NCBI GenBank assembly: GCA_964247055.1
Contig: OZ176060.1
Coordinates: 62,001-126,000, forward strand
DNA: 64,000 bases
Source of the DNA: Paragordius varius
Taxonomy: Eukaryota > Animalia > Nematomorpha
Reading direction: 5' to 3'
Below, piece by piece: positions 44,762 through 56,550 of this stretch (position 1 is the stretch's first letter; every line of letters begins with the position of its first letter). The position numbers and the translations under genes are program-made. The notes under the pieces were generated by a model. It saw only the letters and a program-made list of their open reading frames with translations. It was not told where the DNA came from and did not search any database.

Positions 44762-45570
44762 ATTTCGGCCACTCGACTTACAAACTTTGGTGTGATCTCG
44801 ATACCAAACTTTATAAAATAGAACTTAAAAATCAACAAGAAACGTATCTTGATGATCCATCTAAACCGACATCATTTTTTAATTTATTGGAAAATGAAGA
44901 TTTCACAAATGATGATTTACGGAGAATTCTGAGCGCTTCTTTCAATAACTTTTGTTATTTAAGGGAACATAAAAGCAAAAATACCTTACAAAATAATAAT
45001 TCTAATGATGAAAATACCAAAACCATCAAAGATACCCTAATTATTGATTTGGTAGGAGAACAGACAGAACCTTTAGATCTTTCGCTGAAAAAATCACCAA
45101 AAAGTATGAAAAAAATTACTCCGGTGTGCGACAGTATTGATTCCAATGATATAAGCATGAATGATATTAACAATCTATTTGATGATAGTAACAAAACAAA
45201 ACCTAATAAGTCTTTAAACTCTTCAAAAATGGTTAATAATTATCGATGTATTCAATGTGATAAAATTTATAAGGACAAACATGTTTTAGTCACACATATT
45301 CGTTCTGTTCATGAAAAAGTTAAATACTCGTGCAAAATTTGTTCGAAAATATTTTCTAGCAAAGGCAATCTTGATAGGCACATTAAGTCAATTCATAAGA
45401 AAATTAAACATAAATGTCCGATTTGTAAAACTAATTTTTCTCAAAAAGGCAATCTTGCAACACATATTTCAGCAGTTCATGAGAAAATTAAACATGAATG
45501 TCCGATTTGTAAAAAGGAATATACAAAAAAAAGCAGTCTTGCCATCCATATAAAAAATGTACATAAATGA
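44762..45570 (+). CDS. ZF1: main coding exon of a C2H2 zinc-finger protein (4 fingers, PLDLS motif); start exon not found
   Basis: A polypyrimidine-AG acceptor sits at 44760-44761. The frame is open from (G)AT TTC GGC (DFGHSTYKLWCDLDTKLYKIE...) to TGA at 45570. Four C-x2-C-x12-H-x4-H repeats occur at a 29-aa period. The ORF-track TTG start at 44887 is internal to the exon. Confidence 0.88.
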
Positions 45571-47146
45571 ACACTTAATTCAACATATATAATAGATTAA
45601 ATGCAGCATTAAATATGATTTAAATATCCATTTCGAAAATTACAGATATTGAGATACATATTATTTTATGAAGACGTTGTGCAAAAAGCATCATTAAAGA
45701 TATTGGAATGCTTTTTGACCGGTCTGTTCTGGAGTTTTTTGCAGATAAAAAATAAATTACAAATTCGAATATAAAAAAGTTTAAATTAATAATAGATCCT
45801 AATAGTTAATAACCATTTATATCACCACTTTTTGTAATTTCACCCCTTTACTTCTTTTATGCGACAACATTTTTTCGCGTACTGCCATTTTATATAAAAT
45901 TTATTTTTAGCTTTGCGAAAAAGATTATACTATTATTTATGGAAAAATAGTACTTAATTTATAGATTAAATTTTATTTGCCGATATTATATGATAACAAA
46001 ACACTGTTTTTTAACGTTTTAGCTCAATTATTTAATGAATATATTGCTTTTAACACAGCTTTTTTCAAAAGTATACATTATATATTTGTAAATAATATTA
46101 AATTTTTAACTTTTATACAAATAGAGATTGATAAACTTAAAATTATAAAAATATAATTTTGTGTAAAATAGATGGCGTGCATTTATCTTTTTTATTTTTC
46201 CTATTCTCTAAAACAAATATAGAGGGACCACACTAGACAACATTTGTTTCTTGAGTTTATTTATAAACTATATAATATATTTTTAAAAATTTTATTTTGA
46301 AACTTAATTAGTTGTAAATAACTAAGGTTTGGTGAAATCTTTCACCTTTCTAATAGAATCATACTTTAATTTTTATTTCAATAAACACATAAATTATCAT
46401 AAAAATGGAATTCCGTTTTCATTATATAAATAAAGGGCCCTCCTATTTAAAAAAGGTGAGAATAAAATTTATGTTATTATTGACTAATTATTTGAGGGAG
46501 TTTTGTAAAAGCGATATATCATTATCGGATTACTACACTATTTGTAAACGCATTCAATTTTTTTTAAAAAAGTAAAATTTTAAAGACACATTGATATTAA
46601 ATTTTCCTCACCATGTTTTTCTTTATGATCAAAATCAACAATTTCGTTCTCTATTAATGAATTAGTAAACTGGTCTCCTATAAAAAATTTAGCCATCAAT
46701 TTAAAATATAGGCATTAATTACATAATAAAATGTTTAATGTACTACAATAGGTAAATAACCTAAATTTTAAATTTTAATGTATATTGGTGAAATAATAAC
46801 TATATATTTAATATTTGTAATTGAATAACATATCTTTTGCCTTTATATTGCGTTTTTTTACTTACATTTGGTGTATTAAAAAAAGGAAACTTAAATGTTA
46901 ACTATTTTCTGATTTTATTAAGACAAAATTTTAACCTTCCTTTCGTAAAAAATATGTTTTGATTGAATAAACGATAAGATATAATTTGGTATCAATTTTT
47001 TATAAATTTCTAATCATTTAACTCCTCATAGTACCAAATAAAAAATATAGATATAAAATTTTGATTTTTGTAACATATATGGAAATCAAACAATCTAACA
47101 TTTATACGAAAAAATGATATTCGATATCATTTAAATAGTTTTAATA

Positions 47147-47683
47147 AAGTAAAAATTGAAAATATACGGACAAAACATAAAATATAAAACCAACCTTATT
47201 TTTTCTAAAAGACAACCATATTCTTTATAACATTAATTTTTCCCAAAACTGTATAGTTATAATTTATAATATAATTGGGTTTAATGATTTACAATTTCCC
47301 TATTTTTTAACCAAAAACGATGATTATTCGAAAAAATTATATTTAAAAAAGTATGTTTTTAGAAAAATATATTTGTCTTTATATGTTTACGATTTCTCTT
47401 AATAATTAGTACAGTACAAAATAAGGACATTTTTTTTTCAAAAGACAACCATACATATTTAAGCTTCATTTTTCTATTTGTAAATATAATTCATCGTTTT
47501 TAATTGCATATAATCGAATTGATATCTGTATTGTGACACAATTAATTATATATTTTTTAATTGTATTTATATTTTTTATATATGAAAAACATTAAGGTTA
47601 AAAAATGTAAGGTAGTCTTTTAGAAAATGATTTTTGTCTTTAATATTATAACGTTTGTCTGTATAATTTCGGTTTTTACTGTA
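47147..47683. mobile_element. MITE, TA|CAGT-ended family, ~75-bp TIRs
   Basis: Left AGTAAAAATTGAAAATATACGGACAAAACATAAAATATAAAACC...TTTTCTAAAAGACAACC matches the reverse complement of right GGTAGTCTTTTAGAAAA...GTCTTTAATATTATAACGTTTGTCTGTATAATTTCGGTTTTTACTG-TA. Confidence 0.65.
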
Positions 47684-47789
47684 TCCTTTTTATATATTAT
47701 TTTAGAGCAAAAAGAGAGAATAAGTTTTTATTGAGTTCACATAACTTACGAAGGGGCACATAGCCCGCTAATATCTTAGCTGGGTTGTG

Positions 47790-48120
47790 GGTTTTAATTA
47801 TAATTTTGATGATTTTAAACAAATATTTATTTATAGGCAAAAATTTATCTAGGTGACTTTAATACTATCATAGGAGAGGGTGTTATTTTATATAAATGAT
47901 AATTATAAATATATATTACCTTCATAAAAGTGAAAAAATGCCTTTTAACTTCTTTTAAAGAATAAATATTTATTTAATTATTAGTAGGTTAAGTGTATTC
48001 CAAGAGCCTTGAAGTAACATAAATGATACTATGAAAATATGCCATTTATTTAATGCAATAAATATACGGTACTGCTAATAATTAAAAAAATGCTAAATAG
48101 TTTATTAATTTGTTTCTTGC
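47790..48120 (+). repeat. Dispersed ~330-bp repeat, copy 1 (direct copy at 56230-56550)
   Basis: Shared blocks GGCAAAAATTTATCTAGGTGACTTTAA, GATAATTATAAATATATATTACCTTCA, AAAATATGCCAT and AAAAAAATGCTAAAT occur in the same order. Probably a TE fragment. Confidence 0.85.
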
Positions 48121-48850
48121 TTGATTAAAATTTGATCAAAAATAGATATTTTATCGTTTTTTAATTAATATTTTATTGAATTGATGATTTTATTTCTGAT
48201 GATTCATAACCTCTTAAGATAAATTCTCAACTGTATCTAATAGGCATAACAGCAAAGTCCAAGAATTTATAAAATCTAACGAAAACCTGTTGATGAATGA
48301 TTTTGTAGAACAGATGGTTCCATTATTAACTACGCAAATATCCATGTTCAATTTGTTAAAAACTTTCTCATAAAGTAAGTCAAAGAGCAGAAAGTTCATG
48401 AGGATTTAATATGATGTCAATTTAGTAAAATAAATTTAATAAATTTAATCATAAAAAAATCATCCACCTGTTTAAAAAAACTAAATCTATTGGATTTTAT
48501 AATGTTAAACATTTTATCAGCTTAGAAATTTTATTTCAACGTATTCATGTTATTTTAAGCGATTTACCCGATTTTTAGAGAGCAAATGTGACTTTCGAGG
48601 CCTGCATCCAAAAATTAAAATGTTTTAAATGCTTTTTATAAGTATTTTATGATTTAATATACTGATATATTTAAAAATAAACCGTTTAGCCTTATCAACA
48701 AAATTATCAACTTAATGGGGTATATTTTGCAAAACACTGATAATACTGGACAACAAATTTTTCTGCCACTCGAGTTTTTTGAATTTTCTGATATGTATCA
48801 TTTTAACAGTAAATCTGAAATAAAAATTATAACTCGTTGGAAGAATTTTG

Positions 48851-50135
48851 TATACCATTTCCCAGTCTAAATAAACGTTTTCCCAGTCAATCGAAACATT
48901 TTCCCAGTCAATCGAAACGTTTTTCCAATCAATCGAAACGGTTTCCCAGTCAATCGAAACATTTTCCCAGTCAATAAAAACATTTTCCCAATCAATAAAA
49001 ACTTTTTCCCAGTCAATAAAAACGGTTTTATTTTTGATGATAAATATCAAAACAAGACATAAAATTAACTTTTAACCATTATCAGCGTAATATTAGGCTA
49101 TTATTTTTCATGAAAAAACAATTATTGAATGACAATTTACCAGGTATATTCCAATGGACAATCATTAATGACTTATTCTTTAAAAGTTATATTTTTTGTA
49201 ATTTGAGATGTTTATAAGATAATATTTTTTATTTTATTGATGGTTCGCATTAATATTTGCCGAACGCTTCAATTAAAAAAGTCAGGTTTTTCCATAAAAA
49301 TACTGTCGGAAATAATCTCTAATTTTAAAAATAATTGATAATATATCTGACTACTAGAGGGGTGTCCTACCAAAAGACTTCGCGGGCCGCATTACTCAAA
49401 AAGCACGGTGTTCCGCATTTGATATATTTCATAAATAATTTTTCGATTAGACATAAGACTGTAAAATACAATAATATAACAATTTTTTTAAATTTGTTAC
49501 CAATTTAATGAACTCATTCAGAGTAATTGCGTAAGAAATATGTATATTACTAAGATTTTGTGGGCATATTTTTGCATATGGATCTCTAAATTTTTAGTGG
49601 GCAGCACATAGATCCTCGGCACTCCGCGTTGGACACCCGGTGAACCAATGATAAATATAATAAAATTAGCGTAAAATTTATGTTTAAGATCCAATATAAA
49701 GTGTTAAATGACCTTTTAGATAAAAATGGTATATTATTTTTATTTTTAATATTTCATCTAAAACTATAGATTTTTTAAGTTAGCCGCAAATAATGCGAAC
49801 CTTCAATAAAATAAATAATATTAAAAATATCTCAAATTCCAAAAATATAATTTTTAATTAATAAGTCATTAATGATTGTGCAGTGGAATATATTTGGAAA
49901 ATTGTCATTCAATAATTGTGTTTTTATAAAAAAATAATATCCTAATATTACGCTGATAATGGTTAAAAGTAAATTTATAATAAAAAATTAAACCGTTTTT
50001 ATTGACTGGGAAAATGTTTCGATTGACTGGGAAAACGTTTCGATTGACTGGGAAAACGTTTCGATTGACTGGGAAAACGTTTAATTGACTGAAAAAATGT
50101 TTCGATTGACTGGGAAAACGTTTATTTATGGTATA
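48851..50135. mobile_element. Foldback-type non-autonomous DNA transposon (~1.29 kb) with ~400-bp TIRs containing 21-bp tandem subrepeats
   Basis: Ends are TATACCAT...ATGGTATA. About 8 copies of TTCCCAGTCAATCGAAACGTT lie on the left and about 6 inverted copies on the right. The arms keep matching (e.g. TTTTAACCATTATCAGCGTAATATTAGG / CCTAATATTACGCTGATAATGGTTAAAA) to ~49265 and ~49780. Confidence 0.85.
49357..49642. mobile_element. Possible nested hAT-like (Charlie/Buster-type) MITE remnant
   Basis: Ends GAGGGGTGTCC... and ...TTGGACACCCGG resemble CAGGGGTGTCCAA-type hAT termini, and the subterminal GCGGGCCGCAT fits that. No 8-bp TSD is visible. Confidence 0.3.
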
Positions 50136-50151
50136 TATATATATATATATA
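50132..50151. repeat. (TA)n microsatellite between two foldback elements
   Basis: TATATATATATATATATATA runs directly on from the ATGGTATA end of the preceding element. Confidence 0.9.
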
Positions 50152-51365
50152 GACTGTGTGCAAAAAAATTTTTAACAAAAAAATTTTTTTTCATGAGGCT
50201 TATGACCAGCATACTCATTTGCCGCTAAAAATTATTGACAACCTAATTTTCGAAATATTGAGAGAAAATCGAAATTGGGCAAAAAATGAAAATTAAGGAT
50301 AAATCAACAAATAATGATATAAAATTTGAGATATTATGGTTTATTATCATTTTAAGAGATATTTTTAATATATAAATAGCCTAAAATCATATAGTTTTGA
50401 TTTCTATAAAATTTCAGGTCAAAAGATGGCGTTTTTCTTTTATCACACTTAAAAAACAGAATAAATTTAATGAATTATTAAAATAATTTATTTTAATTAT
50501 TTACTACCTTTACTCACTATTAAAATCTTAACATTTATATTTAATTCAGTAAAATAAACTTCTATAAAATAAAACCAAAAATATTGTTTTTTATTTTTGC
50601 ATTTGTCATCTGGTTTATGAGTGCAAAAAAATGTATACTGTTTTATTTTGGATTCTCACATGATTAAGAATTATTAAGCATATAATTTATGCAAAATAGG
50701 TTTTAAAAGTAGTATAATATCTACCAAAAAATCCTTACAATTTCCTCTAAAGTCTGTTTTATGACAAATTTATATTTGTATTTGGATTTGTAAATATTGT
50801 TGGTTGATATTCCATTACTTTTAAATCCTATTTTGCATAAATTTTATACTTTATTATTCCCACTCAGGTAAGATTCCAAAACAAAACAGTATAAATTTTT
50901 TATACCCAAAAAAATGCAAAAAAAACAATATTTTTGGTTTTATTTTGATATATAAGTTCTTTTTACTGAATAAAATATGAATAAATTTTAATAGTGAGTT
51001 TTAGGTAATAAATAATTAGAAAAAAATTATTTTAATATAGTTTCATTTTTGTGTTAAGAGTGTGTTAGAAAAACGCCATCTTTTGATCTGAAATTTTATA
51101 GAAACCCTAACTATATGATTTTAGGCTATTTATATATTGAGAATATCTCCTAAATGATAATAAACCATAAATTTTATCATTATTTAAATTATACTTAATT
51201 ATACTTAATTTTCACTTTTTGCCCGATTTCGAATTTCTCTCAATATTCCAAAAACTAGGTTGTCAACAAATAAAAATTTTGCGGCAAATGAATACGCTGG
51301 TCATAAGTTCTCATGAAAAAAAATTTTTTTGATTTTTTTCGTTAAAATTATTTTTGCACACAGTG
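50152..51365. mobile_element. ~1.2-kb palindromic foldback element with CACTGTG/CACAGTG termini (Transib/Chapaev-like ends)
   Basis: Left (G/C)ACTGTGTGCAAAAA pairs with right TTTTTGCACACAGTG. The arms align in inverted orientation for ~590 bp (e.g. TCAAAAGATGGCGTTTTTC / GAAAAACGCCATCTTTTGA; TTTATGCAAAATAGG / CCTATTTTGCATAAA), leaving a ~45-bp loop near 50742-50787. No coding capacity and no matching TSD. Confidence 0.85.
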
Positions 51366-51575
51366 ACAATAATGCAAAAAATGTTTATAAAATGGATATC
51401 ATTTGAAAAAAATAATTCTGCTTTTTTAAAAAATTATTGTTTATGCGAAAATGATTAAATTGCGGATTATATACAATGTATTTAAAAAAAAGCTCTTGAA
51501 ATTAAATTTTCGAATTTTATTTTAAGCGAATCCAGCTCAATTGAATTACATGGTGAATTATTTTAAATTTTTTCA

Positions 51576-52163
51576 TATACCATTTGCTCTTTAAGAGTGT
51601 GCTTGAACACTTCAAGTTGACCCACATTTCAAGTTGGTCCTTGAACATTTCAAGTTGGTCTTTAAACACTTCAAGTTGGTCGTTGAACACTTCTCTTAAA
51701 TTTTTTTAAATTTCGTTCATGATTTTTTGTATTTTTTATCATATTTTTAACCTAATTTTCTTTATTTATATTTATCATTAAAAAATAAAATATTCTATTC
51801 AATAACTACTTTTTTGTTTCATACTAATTTTTTTCAATGTAATAAAATTATTGACCAATTGTCTTCGAACTTGAAAATAATAACCCAAAAAAATTATATA
51901 TTTTTAATAACGTGTTAAGATCTTATATATATCCAAAATAATTAAAAAAAATTAATAAACATATACGGTTTTTTAATGATTAGAAGTTGATATTAAAATT
52001 TATGTTGGTAAAAGAAAATAAGTTAAAAACGATAAAATAGATGAATGATTAACGATTTGATTGATAAAAGGTATAAACAAACAAAAATGTTAAATGACTA
52101 ATTTGAAGTATTTAAGGACCAACTTGAAGTGTTCAAGGACACTCTTGAAGTGCCAATGGTATA
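51576..52163. mobile_element. MITE with TATACCAT...ATGGTATA ends and 21-bp subterminal repeats (copy 1, downstream of ZF2)
   Basis: About 4-5 copies of TTGAACACTTCAAGTTGGTCC at the left end and inverted GGACCAACTTGAAGTGTTCAAGGACACTCTTGAAGTGCCAATGGTATA at the right. The interior is homologous, inverted, to 61220-61750. Confidence 0.85.
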
Positions 52164-52518
52164 AGTAAAAAAGGTAAATATTTATAAAATTTGTTTAAAA
52201 AATGATTTGTTACGAAAACTCTATTTTACAGCAGTATAGGCCAATCAGTTATAATTAAGAATGAAATCTAGATAAAATTATGTTGTCTTAAAGAAATTTG
52301 TGTTTATATTTTTAGGTTTTGGCGGCATAATTTTGATTTTACTGTAATTTTTATGTACATAGGATACTCCAGAACAGATCGGTCAATAGCATGTAAAATA
52401 TTTTTTAAAATTTTTTTACAAAACATGTCCATAAAATGAATTAAATCCCAATATTTATTTGCAAAAATGATAAATTTTAAACATTTTATATTTATGTGAA
52501 CAGATGCTACATGTATAT

Positions 52519-53405
52519 TCAATTATGTAAATTTTTAATATGCTTAGCATGACTGCTTTTATGGGTATATTCCTTTTTACAAATCTTACAATTATATGTA
52601 ATTTTTTCGTGAACAGAATGAATATGTGTTGCAAGATTGCTTTTGTAAGAAAAATTAGTTTTACAAATCGGACATTCGTGTTTAATTTTTTCATGAATTG
52701 AATGAATGTGCTGAGTAAGAGAGCTTTTGTCAGAAAACAACTTTGAACAAACTTTGCACGGATATTTCACTTGTTCATGAACAGATTTAACATGTGTGGC
52801 AAGATGGTTTTTGTTAGAAAACATCTTACAACAAATTTTGCACGGATATTTTACTTGTTCATGGACAGAACGAATATGTTGGGCCAAGCCTTTTTTATAC
52901 ATATATATCTTATCACATTGATTACATCTATAATTATTAGCCAATTTTAAAGATTTAATAGGCTTTGTTTTGTTACTATCATCAAATAGCTTGTTAATAT
53001 CATTCAAGCTTATGTTGGAATCAATGTTTGAAGATACCAAGCTTATATCTTTTACAATTTTTGGTGATTTTTTCAGCGAAAGATCTAAAGGTTCCGTCTG
53101 TTCTCTTACCAAATCAATAATTAGGGTATCTTTGTTGGTTTTAATATCATTTTTATTTTCATAGTCTAAATTATTATTTTGTTGAGTATTTTCGCTTTTA
53201 TGTTCCCTTAAATAACAAAGGTTATGGAAGGAAGCGTTCAGAATTCTCCGTAAATCATCGTTTGTAAATTCGTCATTTTCCAATAAATCAATAAAAGATG
53301 CCGGTTTACATGGATCAATATACTCTTCTTGTTGATTTTTGAGTTCTACTTTATAAAGTTTGGTATCGAGATCACACCAAAGTTTGTAAGTCGAGTCGCC
53401 GAAAT
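52519..53405 (-). CDS. ZF2: main coding exon of a C2H2 zinc-finger protein (5 fingers, PLDLS motif)
   Basis: Minus-strand TTTTTTAG acceptor at 53407-53406. The frame is open from (G)AT TTC GGC GAC (DFGDSTYKLWCDLDTKLYKVE...) to TGA at 52519, with five C2H2 (H-x4-H) repeats. Clear paralog of ZF1. Confidence 0.9.
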
Positions 53406-55407
53406 CTAAAAAAATTTTCAGAAATGTAATATAAAACTCAAGTTATCAATGAAGAAACAAAAATCCTGACAACACAGGAAAGGAATCTGCAATCAAATTA
53501 TAACAAGTCACTATAAATTGATGATGCATACATATATCATTGAGTAATGGATGAAAAAATATAGACAAAATAAAAACATAAAGGAATCAAAGTTTATAAA
53601 AATACTTTTCAACATAAACTATAATATTATGTGTGATATATTAAATTCCTTATATTATCAATTACATCTCTAACCCCATTTTGTATATCATGAGTCCTAT
53701 AATATAAAGTATGGCTGTCAAAAATATATTTAGTTTTTTCCCTTATATCTGTACGTTTTTGGATTTTACCGGTATTAGATTTAGTTCTAAATTTTGACTA
53801 TTTAAAATAAAAATTATCTAAAATTAATAAAAGGTTGCAGAAAGTCGCGGATTGGTAATAAATTAATTTTTATCAAGACAACTAACCCCACAAATGACAC
53901 AACTTAAATTGATTAAAAGTTTAAAAATCAAACAATTTAATATTTTTCTCAAAAAAAGCGGTCTTGTTTTAAATGAAAAGAATATAAAACTAGTTTATAA
54001 TTTTATTTTTACGTTTGACTAGTAATCGAAATATTATAATAAATTTATATAATTTTTGCCGAATTATTCCATATATAATAGTATATTTATTATATTTATT
54101 ATTATTATACCCAATTTAATATTTTTACCAATTATTTTAATAAAAACCTCTATTAATTTTAATATAAGGTAACTTGATGTTTTATGATGAGTTTTTGTTA
54201 AAACATTAAAGTAGATTAGGAATTTAATTTTCGCGATTTATACATATATTTTCTGAAACCAAAAATAATTATTGATAAATAGAATCATATCAAAATAAAA
54301 AAATTAATACAAAATATCCAAATCTAAATAATATTTTAATAATATTATCTATCAACTATAAATGATATAATAGGTTCTATTATAATATTTTAAAATTAAT
54401 ATTAAATTAATTCATAAACAAATATTAAATTTTTTTAAAACAAATTATTTTGACATTTTATTACAAAAAATATATATTTAAATAAATGATACAATAAATA
54501 AATTTTTATTAAAGTATTTAAAAATGAATACCCATTTTCCAAATGAATTTGAATATTTTTTCGAAGAAACAAAAAGCAGACAATTTAAAAAACTGTTGGT
54601 AATGTAATCGTCTGTTGTTTCATTTCATAAAATTTAAATTATTTTCAATTATTTTTGGGTTTAAAACATTTTAAAATAAAATAATTTTTTAATATTTTTA
54701 AATTATATATATATAATCTTAATTTCCCTTAGAAGGTTATGCTAAATATTTTTAAATAATTACGATTTTATTTATTAATAATTTAAATAATTTATTTAAC
54801 TAAAATATATCTTATTTTAATTTTGATTTACTTTCCTGCACTTACTAAATCATAATACTTTTTACAATTACCAAACTTTATTTATTAATAAAAATGACGG
54901 ATTATCTTTTGTGATTTAGATTATTTTTTATAATTATCATAAAAAATATAAAATATATATTTTTGATAAAATTTAATGCATATATTTCTAATGATTTTTT
55001 TCATTTATCAAAGAAAACAATCTGTCAATTCTTTTTTATGAATATTTTAAAAATATATTTAGAGATAGTAAAAATATCTTAATCGGGATATCTTTATTTT
55101 GCGATTTTCCACTAAGTAAAAGTTTGGCATGTAAATGAATTTATATTTTATAAAAGACAGCGCCATTTTTAATATTAAATGCCCATTTAAATAAATTTCT
55201 TTCTTCTAAAGAATAAACTGTACTTTTATTGCTATAATTAAATATAAAATTATTAAGTGGTTGACAAATATGATTATAATTCTATCATTAAATAATAAAT
55301 AGTTTTGTTTAATTTACATTCAAAGATAGATAAGATAGGTCACATTTATTTTCCATATCTTTTTCTTTTTGAATACAATTATACTACATTGTAGAAAAAT
55401 ATTTTTA

Positions 55408-55440
55408 ACTAGCTGGCCCTGTCACGCTTCGCGTGGCATA
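55408..55440 (+). mobile_element. Possible 5' terminus of an insect-type Helitron-like repeat
   Basis: ACTAGCTGGCCCTGTCACGCTTCGCGTGGC resembles ACTAGCTG.CCCG....CTTCG starts of non-autonomous insect Helitrons as I recall them. No 3' end was identified. Confidence 0.3.
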
Positions 55441-56229
55441 GTCTCTTCAATAATTATCTTAATAATTTGCAATAAATAGTAAGGGAGATAAAAAAATAAT
55501 AAAAACATATTTAATAAGAATGTCTTAAATTATTATTCTTTTAAGGGTTTTTGCATGGGCTCAAATATTGATTCTAAAATGACCATATTAAAACTGTCCC
55601 TTATTAAAGTTAGTATTCAATAATTATTGAAATTATTTTAAGATTTTCGTTGTTCACACAGTTGGGATTAAGGGATATAAAAAGTAAATCATTTGTGGTC
55701 CCTTTTTAAAGGAAAGAATGATATTATACGAATTCTTCCGAAATGTATAAATTAAACTCGTATGGCCTCTCAAGTTTTTTAAAAGCGATGAATTAAATTC
55801 TTTGCTTCATAGGGCAAATATTTGGTTTTTAATACCATCATCTCAAGGATTATTTAAAAATACCTCAACATTAAATAATCGTTTTATGATGGCCTATTTT
55901 TAGGGCATAAAGGCCTCAACGGCTAATAAATAACGCCTGACCTTATTTAGTTACGGATAATATTTTAAGCTTTTATGAGCTGGCTTCATAAAATTTCTGT
56001 TAATTAGCTCCGAAACAACGCATTATCTATATAGTGGCGCAGTTTTTGGCGGACAGCTCCTACAGGGCAATAAAAGGGCGTTGGGGAAAATTTTTACGGA
56101 ATATCTTGATTTATAGGTTTTTTGAAAATTGGCTCCAAAGGCATGCTGTACCGATATGGTGACCGACGCGAGTAGCCACAAATCAGGGGTGAAACAAATA
56201 GCGCTAAAGTCCTGGGTGGGTGGGTGGGG

Positions 56230-56550
56230 GGTTTTTAATTAAAATTTTGGTGATTTTAAAGATATATTTATTTAAGGCAAAAATTTATCTAGGTGACTTT
56301 AAGAGCATTGTAGGAGACGGTGTTAATTTATAATTGATAATTATAAATATATATTACCTTCACAAAAGTTGGAAAAATGCCTATTAAATCCTTATAAAGA
56401 AAAAATATTAAATCAATTATTAGTAAGTGAAGTTTATGCCAAGGGCTTGCATAATGAATGTAACAAATATTAAAATATGCCATCTTAATGTAGTAATTAT
56501 ATTTTTTAAAAAAATGCTAAATGGTTTTCTGTTAATTTGTTTGTTACTTA
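56230..56550 (+). repeat. Dispersed ~330-bp repeat, copy 2 (direct copy of 47790-48120)
   Basis: Collinear similarity to copy 1; both copies are preceded by a GGGT-rich tract. Confidence 0.85.

Noticed and set aside
44762-44890. MADF or ZAD identity for the ZF N-terminal region
   Set aside because: Only a loose LW...YK resemblance to MADF; the other MADF tryptophans and the ZAD CxxC pairs are absent.
48214-48399. Protein-like stretch: minus ORF MNFLLFDLL... or plus-strand exon-like AG|ATAAATTC...TAAA|GTAAGT
   Set aside because: It is short and unrecognised, the plus frame hits a stop just before the donor, and there are no partner exons. Insufficient support.
48712-49050. 112-aa ORF with IDWENVS heptad repeats
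   Set aside because: It is the translation of the 21-bp subterminal repeats of the foldback element, which has an inverted copy at 49990-50125.
52304-52522. 72-aa ORF downstream of ZF2 (and 60886-61071 downstream of ZF3)
   Set aside because: They lie in the 3' flank, and the homologous flank of the sister copy does not preserve the frame.
54524-54598. Plus-strand ATG exon MNTHFPNEFEYFFEETKSRQFKKLL|GTAATG as first exon of ZF3
   Set aside because: The donor is phase 0 but the ZF3 acceptor needs phase 1, and there is no homologous exon upstream of ZF1 or ZF2.
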